Shown: piece after piece, positions 50,673 through 62,051 of the stretch
Position numbering within the stretch: position 1 is the stretch's first letter
Layout of the letters: every line of letters starts with the position of its first letter
Source: Apus apus
Lineage: Eukaryota
Reading direction: 5' to 3'
DNA length: 64,000 nt
NCBI RefSeq assembly: GCF_020740795.1
Contig: NC_067282.1
Location: 17,961,172 to 18,025,171, forward strand
Program-made: the position numbers and the translations under genes
Notes under the pieces: generated by a model
Database searches by the model: none
Seen by the model: the letters and a program-made list of their open reading frames with translations, nothing else
What the model was told of the DNA's origin: nothing

Positions 50673-51924
50673 GTAAATATCTCAAAAAAAAGTGCATGTA
50701 AAATGCCTGCATGTGTATGTATGGATACACTTATAAAATATTTATTATTGTTTATATTAATATCTATTTTTTATAATAATTTAGCCTGAGATATCAGTTG
50801 GAGATAAAGTTGGTTGACTGGTTAAATAACTTCTGCTTGCAGAGTATAGAGTTGAGCAGGTTTCTCTTTCCCAGGTTGTTCTGAGAAGTCCATCATGATG
50901 TCAGATTTCTCCATTATATTTAGGTTACTTAACCTGTGAAGTAGGCTCAGGTTTAGAATTACTTTTGCACCCAAGAAGCTTTCACAAAACAGGGACTGAG
51001 CCCTGCAGGTATCCGAACAAATCCTCTGATCCTGTGCCACTGCAATTTGCACAGAAAACAGCTGGGGAGTCAGATAATGGAGTATCTGAGTGGGAGACAC
51101 CTTGTGATGCTTGTGTGGAAATTGAGAGTTCAATTTCCTCTTCTGCCGAGTGCTGAGCCACTGCAGGGACTTCTGTGCTGACACAGACATGTCTCAAACA
51201 CCTCCAAGCTTTCAGGGTCCCCTAAGCTTGTCTGATTTTTCTCGAAGTACTTTCACTTCATAGATATTTTGCTTAACCATATTGACTCACTCTTGAGCTC
51301 AGTGGGGCTTCTACAGTTCCTTGTGTAAGATGGGACAAAGTGGGGATTTGCACAGATTTCCTGTGTCATGGACTGTTAGGGTCATGGCAGAGTGTGTGTT
51401 TTATTTCAGGGTTATACTTCCTGCTTGGCTTCCCCATTCCTTTGCTGCTGGCATAGAAAGAAGAGTGGGGAGCTGATAATATAAAACCAAAGTACTTATT
51501 TCCAGTACTGTGGCTGGAGCATAACCAGGTGTGAAGCACTTCAGAACACAAAGGTCTGCGTCATTTTCTGGATGCACCAGATTTGGAGCCTGCATTGTGA
51601 TGAGTTATGCTTGTGTTCCTGTGCTCTTCCCTGTGTTAGGCACTTGAGGCTCCTCCCCAGGCACTGTAACAGGGAGTCAGTGAGCCTGGTGGGCTGTGTG
51701 ACACTGGGCTGCTTATTGACACTTACTGTGCTGGAGTCCTTCAGAGGGCCTGGCCCTGCCTGATGAATTGTTCAGTCTGACACAGCCATGTTCTTGTCAG
51801 GCAGGGACTGCGATCCCAGTTTCCACACTGTAAATCTACCACATGAGCCATTAGCTACCTTGTGTCCGTACTGACAGTGGAGCTGGACAGGTGGATTGTT
51901 GCAGGCAAACATTTTTCATTTTAG

Positions 51925-52114
51925 ATTGCGTCAAATACCTTATCATCTGCTGAAGTATCCTGTTCAGTCAGTCCGAGCTCTGGTGTCTGGATTTAAACCC
52001 GCTATATATGAAGAAAATGTGGAAAGAATTCCTTACTGCCCAGAATGGAGTATGGAAACACTGTGGGCTATGATGGACTGTGTGGAAGGAAAACAGCTCT
52101 CTGCTTCCATACTT
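51925..52114 (+). CDS. RNF17: RNF17 coding exon 34
   Basis: Acceptor catttttcattttag|, donor atactt|gtgaga. (R)LRQIPYHLLKYPVQSVRALVSGFKPAIYEENVERIPYCPEWSMETLWAMMDCVEGKQLSASIL. Confidence 0.9.
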
Positions 52115-52465
52115 GTGAGAAACACTTTTATTTTCTCCTATTTTTTGCTCAGCCTAAAATCCTTACTAGCACTCTAATTTGTTATTTGTTCTACTGTGAA
52201 CCCTCATAATTTAAAATTGTGAACCACTGACCATGAAGGAATGCTGATGAAGGGAGAAAATCACTCTTTTTAATCCTGCAAACAAGTTTCTGAGCATTCC
52301 TGTTATTTTAAAAGCAGTTTCCTTTACTTAAAACCATAAATATTCTTTCTGTAGTCATAGTTCCATTTAGGCAGCAAGTAAAACCATTAAAATAACTGTT
52401 ACTATTGGTTAGCTTGAGATTTAAATTTGTTACTGTCAAAAAATTTGTCACCTTCTGGTTTTCAG

Positions 52466-52564
52466 GCTCTTACACCAGAGGTCACCATTTCTTTGTATGA
52501 TGATGACAAAAATCTAGTTCATATGAAACTGGTAGAAATGGGACTTGCAGATTTGGATGAGTGA
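52466..52564 (+). CDS. RNF17: RNF17 last coding exon, stop TGA at 52562-52564
   Basis: Acceptor ccttctggttttcag|. ALTPEVTISLYDDDKNLVHMKLVEMGLADLDE*; the ...LVEMGLAD..DE C-terminus is as in mammalian RNF17. Confidence 0.9.
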   Translation, partial: ALTPEVTISLYDDDKNLVHMKLVEMGLADLDE

Positions 52565-52709
52565 CATGTAAGTACCATGAATATGAACTACAAATTCATA
52601 CCATTACACAGGTATGATTTCAGAAGTTGTAAACAAAGTCTAAACTGTCAGTAATGTTGACAACTACGTGTTTGTTTTTTTTAAGAAAAATCCTTCTGTC
52701 CTGTCTTTT

Positions 52710-52715
52710 AATAAA
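52710..52715 (+). terminator. RNF17: Candidate RNF17 polyadenylation signal AATAAA (~146 nt after the stop); a second AATAAA lies at 53103-53108
   Basis: Hexamer read directly; no cleavage-site evidence available. Confidence 0.35.
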
Positions 52716-54555
52716 GTAAAAGCTGTTAAAAAAATTGGATTTCATTACACATGCATTACTGTAGCCCACAGTGTAGTTTTAAGAACTAACAGTTATTGAA
52801 ACAAAGAACCCCAGGGCAATATAACAGAAGGGGCTTTTGCTGCTAGTAACTGAAGAAGGTAACACGCAGATGTGTGGCAGTTTACTCTGCCCAAAAAATC
52901 AAAATTAATGATGCCAGTGGTTTTCAGACAGATCCATGAGCACATCAGGATGGCCATACATCTAGTCAGACATGGAATCTTTTATATGAAAAGCTTTACA
53001 GTATGTGTTGTCTACAGAGAATACTGGAGATGAATTTTCAAATTTCTTGGCCAGCTCAATGTTATGTAGTCCTTTTCCCTCCCACGTAATAAGCACTCTT
53101 CTAATAAATGTTTACAGGTAATGTTGAATCTTGAAATAGTGAAACTATGTATTCACTCAATCTTTTTTGACATACCTGTTTGTTTCATAAGAGTAGATGG
53201 AATTAATGCATAGTAGTAAAGAAACAGATTAAAAGCTGATACTGTTGTATTTTCTTGTTAGAAGACTTGGAGGGAAGGTGATAGTTTTATTACTGTGATG
53301 TAACTCTTGCTTTATGTTTCAGGCATATTTGGTGACAGACTTCTCCAGTACCAGAGAGTGGTAGATTGGGCAAACAGTTGAGGGTGGAGGAGTATTACTG
53401 TCTTTGTTCTGGAACATGTTTGCATTGCTGCTGTTTCCTGTTTTGGGTGTCCTTGCACCTCCTTCATACTCCTGGAGCTGCAGTGTTTGTTTGAAAGCGT
53501 TGGAATAAACAGGAGCTTGCTCAGCATGCATTTGTAACTTGTTTTCCTTTACTGCCCTAGTATTTAAGGTCTCTTTGGATGTCTCTATTGTACTGGTGTA
53601 GTATATCCTTTACACTTAACTCTCAGCCCTTTTCATCTCCACCCATAGAATTTTGTCTGCACTAGGATGCAAAGAACATGCATGAAAAGCATTCCACATT
53701 AACCGAGTAACTACAGACCTTGTTTTCCTTGAGGAGAAAGGTGGGGGAAGCAGAGGACACAAGGGGAAGAAAGTACATTTTGCTGTGCAAGGGAATGAAA
53801 TTTTTCAGCATCCACTACACTGGAAAGTTAGATCAGATACTGTAGCAGTATCACTTTGGTTTTTAAATTCTGCAGTATCTACAGTCAGCCTAAAAATGCC
53901 TGTGTGATGCAAGAACTGGGTGAGATGACCTTTGTTGATTTCTAGTGTTTCCTCCCACACTTCTGAGTAGCTTGGAGCTTTAACCTGTCCCAGTGTCACC
54001 TATCCAAGCCTTATGAATAGAGGAGCAGTTTACAAAACACAGTTTGGGGTCTGCTCATACTGTTACCTCCTAACTGTGAGATAAAAAATTAAGAGGACTA
54101 AGGCTAACTGAAAAGGAATAGTGCCATCCTTTCCTCTTTTTAAGTCAAGCAGTAAGTAAGGTGACACCCAGACTCTTAAATGTGGCCACCCTCTGTATTT
54201 CACCACAGCAGGAGTTCCAGCAGCACAACTTTTTACCTTGGATTGAAAAATCTTCTCTTAGGTGTCTAACACAAGGTAACACACATCTGTTTGATGAGTT
54301 TTTCACTGGCAGCTGATCTAAAAAACACCCTTTAAACCACACATGACAGAACACTGAATCAATACATGGTGGCTTAAAAGTAGAAATGGGAAAAAAATAG
54401 AAAAAGTTCTGATGTAGTAACAGCCACTGAAAAATATTTTTTTTCAGAAGAACTATAAACAATATATACATACAACAAACTCAAAGGGGTTTCTTGTTTA
54501 CAGGACTGTACATCATTTTTGTTGATGTGCTAACACCACCAGCAGCTGGCATTCT

Positions 54556-54748
54556 CTATAACTTGGTGTCCATGATAATATTGCCATCCTTGTCCTTTAC
54601 TCTCACTCTGCCAGAGACATACTTTGTTTCCTGCTGTCCATTCATGTACACAGTCTTGACAGTTCCATCTGGATATTCCCGTCTCTTGAACTGGGATGTG
54701 TGCAGTTCTCTCTGGCCATTATTAAACTCTATAGTTTTGCTTCCATCG
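54556..54748 (-). CDS. CENPJ: CENPJ last coding exon (G-box/TCP10 C-terminal domain), stop TAG at 54556-54558
   Basis: Minus strand: acceptor tttaatgcag|, then (H)[63 protein letters not shown]; near-identical to the remembered CPAP C-terminus ...[29 protein letters not shown]...RVKDKEGNVLMDTEL. Confidence 0.9.
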
Positions 54749-55298
54749 CTGCATTAAATAAATGTAAGAATTTTTTTTAAAATACTAATTTCAGAACAAA
54801 CATTAAATATGCAAGCCTAAGTGAAGGAAGAACTTAAAAAAAAAAACCACAACAGTACTTGTGAAAAGCTTGTTTTGTTAAATATCATCCCATCTGGTTG
54901 GTACTCAAAAACCTGTTTCTGCAAAACTGGTAACTTCTGTTTACTTGAGAGCCTCTACCACACTTTGTCTGCACTAAATCTCTTGCTGCAACAGTCAAGA
55001 AAAGTTTAAAACATGACATCCTGAGTGCTCTCAGGTGTCAGTCAGACCAGTTCACCACACCAGCTGGGTTCTCTCACATACTCTAGAATTCTGCACAAAT
55101 CAGAAAAATCTGATTTGTCAGGGTATAGTAAAACACACAGGTATTCAGTCCTTGTGTCTCCTCCAAGCTATTAAAAAAAAAAGCCAAGATTTCCAACAGC
55201 AGATGCAGGCTCACAGCACGGTGTATTCAAACATAAGCCTCTAGAAAGCAGGTCTGTCACCACCGAGCACCCCTGTCCCATCAACAGGCAACACTTAC

Positions 55299-55419
55299 TG
55301 CTGAACGCGGACAACGGTCCCGTCTGGGAAGATGCTTTCTTCTTGACCATCCGTAAATAAATTTTTGATAGTTTGATCAGGGAAAGTAATTTCTTTCTTG
55401 CCATCAGGATAATGCTTCT
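55299..55419 (-). CDS. CENPJ: CENPJ G-box exon
   Basis: Minus strand: acceptor caatacatttcag|, donor cagca|gtaagt. (E)[39 protein letters not shown]. Confidence 0.9.
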
Positions 55420-55512
55420 CTGAAATGTATTGAGAGGCAATATGCTTATTACCAAAATACAGGTATATTTACAGGCAGCATTTCTGAGGGTTGGTTGGGT
55501 TGGATTTCTTTA

Positions 55513-55597
55513 CCTATTTGTCCATTCGAAAACTGCAAGACCTCTAAGCCATCAGAGTATGTAGTATGTGTAGTCTTGGCATCAGCATAATAATAAA
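55513..55597 (-). CDS. CENPJ: CENPJ G-box exon
   Basis: Minus strand: acceptor ccattttctgcag|, donor caaatag|gtaaag. [28 protein letters not shown]. Confidence 0.85.
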
Positions 55598-55710
55598 TCT
55601 GCAGAAAATGGTTGAGATTTAACATAACTAGTGAGAAATTGTATGTGCACGGTACGTGTGCATAAATAAGTTTTTATAGCAAAGTGCAGAAGATGTAGGA
55701 TACAAACCAC

Positions 55711-55848
55711 CGTTTGATCGGGCAAAATCTGCTTCACATCCCCATTGAAGAAGGTTATAGTCACAGTCTTCCCATCAGAACCCACTTTTTTACACGTCCC
55801 ATTGGGGAAAAATATGAGGTGACAGCCATTTTTCAACACCTTTTCAAC
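55711..55848 (-). CDS. CENPJ: CENPJ G-box exon
   Basis: Minus strand: acceptor gtattcctag|, donor caaacg|gtggtt. [46 protein letters not shown]. Confidence 0.85.
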
Positions 55849-55925
55849 CTAGGAATACATTACAGAGAGGTCAGTATTGAGCCAACACAACAGCTGGAAT
55901 TTCAGAGTGCCAAGCTCTCATTTAC

Positions 55926-56021
55926 CTTTCCATCAGGGTAAGAAGTTTCTCTCTGTACCTCTTCATTGTCTGTATATGCAGATCCAGATGGCAGAGACAC
56001 ATGAGCTTCATGAGATGTGTC
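55926..56021 (-). CDS. CENPJ: CENPJ exon preceding the G-box
   Basis: Minus strand: acceptor tcattttag|, donor ggaaag|gtaaat. DTSHEAHVSLPSGSAYTDNEEVQRETSYPDGK; phase 0 at both ends. Confidence 0.75.
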
Positions 56022-56704
56022 CTAAAATGACAACAATAATCTGACCACAAACTCAAATCAAGCTTTGTTTTTATACATGTTTGTTGTTTTTTTCCTTAGA
56101 CTGACAGTTTAAGAAACAAGGAGCATCAGGAGAGGAAGAGAAGTATAGGAAGGTATAAACACAGTCTAGGTTTTATGCAACCCCTAGTATAACTCCAGTG
56201 GTAAGATAGCCTGAGACTTAGCAATAATTGGTTGTCTATGGTCAGTGTTGCAGCATGGTGCTCAACTGCCTTAAGACATCCATGTAGGAAGGTATGAAAC
56301 AGTTGATAAAGCTTCATAAAACCTGAATGCTACATACAGCAATTAATATAGGAATTAATTCAGCTGTTTCCAAGATGCTTGCACAGTTGCCCTACATATA
56401 AACATCCAGCATATTAACATCCATCTTTTTCCCCTCCCTCAAAAGGTAAAACATTTTGCAAAATTGAAGGGGGCAGGTTACTATGATTTCATTTTATTTC
56501 TTCAATCAAAGAATGCTGCAATTACTAGACACAAGTAGAACCCTGCCCTGAGTACTGCACAGCCATCTTCTGGTACGACAATAAAACTGCAGCTAAAGTA
56601 CACGACACCAGCCAGCCTCCAGATACTCATTTAAGTACAAGTAACTTGTTTTATTTGAGGCTTTTTCTTCCCCCTTAAAAACCAAACCAAGACACAGGAC
56701 TTAC

Positions 56705-56805
56705 TACCATAAAAGTCCTAGAAGAATCCTCTAGTGCCATCACTGCCTCAGAGTTGCTTCTGTCACTACCAGGCACGGGTACAGGTGTTCTAGAAAGCTT
56801 TCCGA
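56705..56805 (-). CDS. CENPJ: Possible additional CENPJ exon (S/P-rich); phase does not fit the current model
   Basis: Minus strand: acceptor ttattccgtgtatccag|, perfect donor atggta|gtaagt. (x)GKLSRTPVPVPGSDRSNSEAVMALEDSSRTFMV. Needs entry phase 1, whereas the upstream exon 58665-58904 ends phase 0, so at least one exon is missing or this call is wrong. Confidence 0.3.
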
Positions 56806-58002
56806 CTGGATACACGGAATAAAGTTAATTTGGGCAGTAAAATTAAAGTGCAGTTCAAGTGTTACAATCATATATGGTGTCAAGTTGTACAGGACACAGG
56901 CATTTAAGTGCAGTAGAAACTGGAAGCAGCATATTTGTTAGAAGATTCAGCATAAACCAGCTCCCTCAGGTATGTCATTCCTTCATGTGTCAGCAAGAAG
57001 GTACAACCAAAGAATTGCTGCAACAGTCATAACATTTGCACTTTGTCTCCTATTTCATTTCTGTAGATTTATAAAGGATTTCTTTTTTCACCCTAGGGAA
57101 AATAATCCTGTAAGGATTATTAGTTATGCCTTATAATGAATAAAGGAAGACTAATGTAACCTCTTAACCAGAAATTATTAGCAGACTAGATAACTAGATT
57201 AGCAGAAAGATTGCCAATATAAACCCAGCAAGGGCTTCAGTTCTGGAATGCACTCCTCTAATAGATAACATAATGGTTGCTTGAGCAATCAGAGATGTCA
57301 AAAAAGCACCCTCCGGTTACTTGCCCTATGTGATTATTCATCAGGAAAGGGTACAGCTGCCAACACCTTTTTGCTCCTAGATGTGAACAAGGAATGGCAT
57401 TACCCATGTGATTACAGATCCTCGTAACAGAAGATTCTGAAGAGAGACAGCAGTTCTGATGCTATCAACATAGTCATCTAATCAACATCCACAGCCTGGA
57501 GAACATCAACAACAAATGCCATTTTGGATGACAGGACACAGCTTCTAGTATGCTCCAGATCACCAAACATGCCCAGAGGCATCTTCACTCTGAGTGTGGT
57601 CACAGCTTTCTCCAGAATCTCACCCTGGGGGGCATTCATCTGTATTCTCAAGTCCATTACAACTATTCTATATCTACTTTTGAGGTGGTGATGCACTCTT
57701 CTTAATAAAAGCAAAAGCATTACTTTTCTTTGAAATAATTAAAATAATTCTCTGATCAAACATACCTTTTACCTGTGAATAACTTTGGCCATTTATCTTG
57801 CTGCACTTCTGTGCTGGAAGTAGAGATGAAGTTTGACTTTTTAGGCCTCTGTTTGGTAGACACTAAAACAAAGTTATTTGTGGTTTATGTGACATTTATT
57901 TGCAACTGTTCATTCACCAGCAACAAAATTTATACACTGTGTGACATGAAATTTACTGGAAACTTTTTGCACAAACTACATATTTTTGAGATTTAGTCAA
58001 CA

Positions 58003-58188
58003 GGGGTGTCAGGCCCTGGCACAGGCTGCCCAGAGCAGTGGTGGAGTCACCATCCCTGGACAGATCTCAAAGCCAGGTAGATGTCAGGCTGAGGGACATG
58101 GTTTAGTGGTGGCCTTGTCAGTGCTGGGTTAATAGTTGGACTGGATGATCTTAAAGGTCTTTTCCAACCTAAATAATTCTATGAGTTG
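58003..58188 (+). mobile_element. CR1 3' fragment (plus orientation) in a CENPJ intron
   Basis: ggggtgtcaggccctggcacaggctgcccagagcagtggtggagtcaccatccctgg...ctggatgatcttaaaggtcttttccaacctaaataattctatgag. Confidence 0.85.
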
Positions 58189-58265
58189 GCTGCTTTTGTA
58201 AGAAGGGCTTGTGTGAGGTGGCCCAAGCTACACTTCAGACATTTTCCTTGTTCTGCTTCCTGCCT

Positions 58266-58376
58266 ACCAACAACTGCACAATGTTAAATTGGCAAGCAGC
58301 CCTGAATACAGTTACAGTTTCAAAACTAAATTTAACTGCTTTAGACAATGATGAACTGCCTGGTTTGCCTGGCTGA
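58266..58376 (-). CDS. CENPJ: Possible CENPJ exon (111 nt, phase 0 to 0), low confidence
   Basis: Minus strand: acceptor cctctgcatcttaag|, donor cagttgttg|gtaggc. DQPGKPGSSSLSKAVKFSFETVTVFRAACQFNIVQLL. No recognisable CENPJ motif; could be a chance ORF. Confidence 0.2.
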
Positions 58377-58664
58377 TCCTTAAGATGCAGAGGCTCACAG
58401 GTTTGATCCCATCTACAATTCTTCATTTATAATTGCATCATACTGAATTCTAAGATGAGTTCCTCAACAGAATGGATGCTGCACATTGTGAACATTCACA
58501 TTTGGAGAGAATGCATGATTAGCAAGATTCTGTGTCTGTCACCACCAAGTCCTAAGATTAGTAAATTAAACATAGAACTTGAAGATACTGGATTTCAAGT
58601 TTATGATCCAAAATGCAAGAGTATTCACACAAATTAATTTAAAATGCTGAGATTAATAACTTAC

Positions 58665-58904
58665 AGATTCTGCTCTTTTTAGAGTCATCCCAGAATCTTC
58701 TATTTTCCTCTTGCTTCCAGCAGCTTCTACTTTCTTCCAGGCTTCTAGACGAAACCTCTCCATAATTTTTATTTCCTCTTTTAGCTCCATATTCTCATTT
58801 ACTAAAGCTTCTATTTGATCTTTCAGGCGGCGGTGGGTGGTTGACCATTTTGCCTCTTTTCGTTTTAAATCTTCCTGTAACTCTGCAATCTGCTGTTTCA
58901 AAGC
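58665..58904 (-). CDS. CENPJ: CENPJ coiled-coil exon
   Basis: Minus strand: acceptor aatttttctaag|, donor gaatct|gtaagt. [80 protein letters not shown]. Confidence 0.85.
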
Positions 58905-59470
58905 CTTAGAAAAATTCATGTTTACAAATGAAAGAGCTTTCTTTTTTTTTTTTTAATATATTAAAATATTTTAATATTCTAATAAAAATTCAAGCACAAG
59001 AGTGGCAAAAAGATCAGCTTAATGGGGCAGAGGGTGAAAGGTGGAAATTTTCTTTCTGAAAGATACTGTTTACTTTAGACTACCAACTTGATAGGCTCAA
59101 CATCAACCTCAGGAAGTGTCCTTAATGCCCTCTTGGCATCCTTTGCAAAGAAACATGAAAACATAAAGCTACCCTTGAGAGGGCCCTTCAAAAATCTTGG
59201 CACAAAAAAACAGGGAGGACACAGTGACAGAAAACACAAGTGACTCTGCCTAGCCAGTTAGCAAATGTTGCTGCAAGCTGTTAAAGTTAGGTAAAGAAAA
59301 CCTGTAGGGAGGGAAATCCACGTGTGATGTTTAATACAACTTATCTGTACATGGCATGTACCATACACATGAAGGAACAAATAAGTCTTAAGTTAGAATT
59401 TAGTTCTCCACTGCCTTTAAATGAATTTAAGTGTTCCTGTGTGGACTAGAATTATAATATATTTTTATAC

Positions 59471-59636
59471 CTGAATTTCATCACGTTCTTTTTTATCTGG
59501 AATTGCTCTGGCTTCTGTGGCATATTTTTCAAAAACTTTACGCTCCCTTTGCAGTTTTTTCAATTCCTTTTTTTTATATTCTTCTATTTCAGCCAGTTCT
59601 TGGGCTTTCTGCTGTTGAAAGTCTGCAATTTCTTTC
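59471..59636 (-). CDS. CENPJ: CENPJ coiled-coil exon
   Basis: Minus strand: acceptor ttcgtaattatag|, donor attcag|gtataa. (R)[55 protein letters not shown]; phase fits its neighbours. Confidence 0.85.
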
Positions 59637-59986
59637 CTATAATTACGAAACAAAGTTGTCGCTTTAGCCCAAAACTACTTCAAATCTAGATTTTAAGGAA
59701 GAAAATTTAGACTGAATTTGTGGTCACTGATTCCAATCTAGCATCTGTTAGAGATGAAGACTTACCTATATATGGTATTACTTTTATGAAAGAAGTAAGA
59801 ATTGTCACACAGCTAGTGTTTGAAGTCCAACAATTTCTATTTTTATATCTTCTAGTCACAAGTTATACTGAATTTAACAAAGTTTAGGCTAAAATCTTTC
59901 AACATTCTTCAAAGCAGTAGAACACCATTCCCTCAACAGCACTGGGGAAACGAATCTGCTAGCAGCAGGAAGTCAAAAATTAAACA

Positions 59987-60030
59987 TCACAGAATGGTTT
60001 GGGTTGGAAGGGACCTTAGCCACCGACATG
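59987..60030 (-). mobile_element. Short CR1 3' end (minus orientation)
   Basis: atcacagaatggtttgggttggaagggaccttagccac. Confidence 0.75.
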
Positions 60031-60514
60031 ATGATGTTTCCAAACAAAACTAAAGTGACTTTGTTAGGAACATGTGTGCCACATTTAAGTGATAAGAGAT
60101 AATTATTCAGCTCTATATGTCAATTAGAAGTCCCCCAATTCAAATGAAAACATTCTTGGTACACACAAACATCCAACCCAAAGGAAGAGCATCAGTCACA
60201 TTAGCATAAAGATCAGTTTTACAAGACCAATTTAGGAGTCTATAATTGCTCAGAGCAGAAGTATACAAATCCTTCCAAGTACAGCCTTTAAGGATATTAT
60301 ACTAAATTAGCAGAGATTCTTAGTGTTATAATTCATGTGCGAGTAATAATTGCAGCTTAAAATATACACAGAGCAACAACCGATTTCTTGACCGATGTTC
60401 TCCACTGTAACTGAAACACCAATTATTTACCTGTGCTGTTGGTAACTGAGCAATGTGATAGTCTGGAACATCCTATGTAAGTGAACACAGCAAAATGTTT
60501 CAATGAAAAGTTAC

Positions 60515-60647
60515 CTGATACTTGCTAAGGCATGCTCTCTTTCTTCACGGAGTTTAGTTAGAGTTGTGTTTTCAGCTCTGAACCTCTCTATTTCAGTTTC
60601 CAATTCAGCGAGTCTCTCTCTCAGTACTTGGGATGGAACAGTGTTCC
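60515..60647 (-). CDS. CENPJ: CENPJ coiled-coil exon
   Basis: Minus strand: acceptor gttcttttaacag|, donor tatcag|gtaact. (G)[43 protein letters not shown]; joins the large exon's 1-nt overhang in frame. Confidence 0.85.
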
Positions 60648-62051
60648 CTGTTAAAAGAACAGTCAGATGCAAGTTATCTAAGAAGCATCCATAAGACTGA
60701 AGTAAACAATTATTGCACAGCAGTTAATAAATAAATAAATAATCCAAGTGATGCTACTTCTGATAGTAATTCTACAAAAAAGTCCTACTATTGAAATTTG
60801 CATTTTAAAGCATTCTGCACTATTTATTCAACTACATCAAATACTGAGAGTATCTATTATCTTTGTAAATGTATATTAGGAATGAGGATGTGAAGGGCTT
60901 CATGTCAAGCTAGAGAAATCAAATAAAGGTCGAAGGACCAAGCATCAAACAGGGAAGTTCACAGTTTTAAGTTTTTCCAAGTTTCATTCACAGCAAAGTC
61001 GGCTCACACCCATCACCCGTCTATTGCTGAGGGCACCGATAGGATTTGGGGCTTTTCTGACATCCTAGTTTCCTGTTCAGTCACTATTTAGCACTCCCAG
61101 TGTTTGAACAGTCCTATTCTGAGCATTCAAGAGAAAAGCCTAAAAACTGATGTTGCAGTGTAGGTTACCTTACTCACCTACTCACAGTAAGTTATCTTAC
61201 TCACCCCCTTAAATGCTGTGAGATTCAATTAAAAAGCCCTACCCCTCTTCCCACAAACATCTCACAAGCATCCTTAGACAACCCTACCAAACCAGTTCTC
61301 CACAAAACACTATGCAAAAGTAGCAGCTTTTATATGAAGTTCTCACAAAAACTTAAAATCCTAAACATTCACTGGAGCAGAGCTTGAAACCAGGATCCCA
61401 CTGCCTTACGGAGAAGAGATTCAAATACTAGGCTATGCCATTATGCTTTCACTGAAAAACTGCATTTTTCATGATCTCATGTAAGTGCAACAACTTCAAC
61501 AGGAGCTTTAAGAGGCATTCCTTCCCCAGAATATAATCGTAAGGTCAAAATCAACTTGGGCAAAGCAGAAAAAATGCACCCAGGTTTCCCATATTCCACA
61601 TAAATGCTCTAGATAGTATACTGCTGTCAGAAAATACAGACAGGGCTAACACCTCCTTATTGCACAGCATTACCCTACTGTGGTGTAAATGCACACTGTC
61701 ACTGGAAAGGGACGTAACACTTCATTTTCAGCATGCCTTTGACACTTCCCTTGATTTGGAAACAGGGATTAAGCAGCTCCAGATCAAGTTAGTTCAGTGA
61801 GCTGATCTGATAGAAAACTAGCCTCCAGGAAAAAAAAAAAAAAAAAAAAATCTAACTGATTGTACTCATTCTGCAAGCTGCATAATTGTTAGATCTGACA
61901 TCAGACATGCAACCAGGAGAGGAAATGAAAGGTGAGGATAGGGCCATTCCCTGCAGCAGATGTCTATACTTACACCCTTTGGGGTCATGTCAGCTGGCAG
62001 CCTAGTTAGAAAGAAAGATTTGTAATACACATCATCTTCAACATTTCCTAC

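Noticed and set aside
56960-57020. 60-nt stop-free minus-strand segment with AG/GT flanks (QFFGCTFLLTHEGMTYLREL)
   Set aside because: Weak acceptor context, very short, no motif support; cannot be distinguished from chance.
57478-57720. 80-aa minus-strand ORF in a CENPJ intron (…RVHHHLKSRYRIVVMDLRIQMNAPQGEILEKAVTTLRVKMPLGMFGDLEHTRSCVLSSKMAFVVDVLQAVDVD)
   Set aside because: Hydrophobic composition unlike the hydrophilic CENPJ protein; no convincing splice sites in the required phase; no recognisable domain. Treated as a chance ORF or repeat relic.
61976-62001. 26-nt minus-strand mini-exon with good acceptor (ctttctttctaactag|) and donor (aaagg|gtgtaagt) just downstream of the large CENPJ exon
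   Set aside because: In the phase left by the large exon it reads G-C-Q-L-T-stop. Direct splicing of the large exon to 60647 gives a clean in-frame coiled-coil continuation instead.
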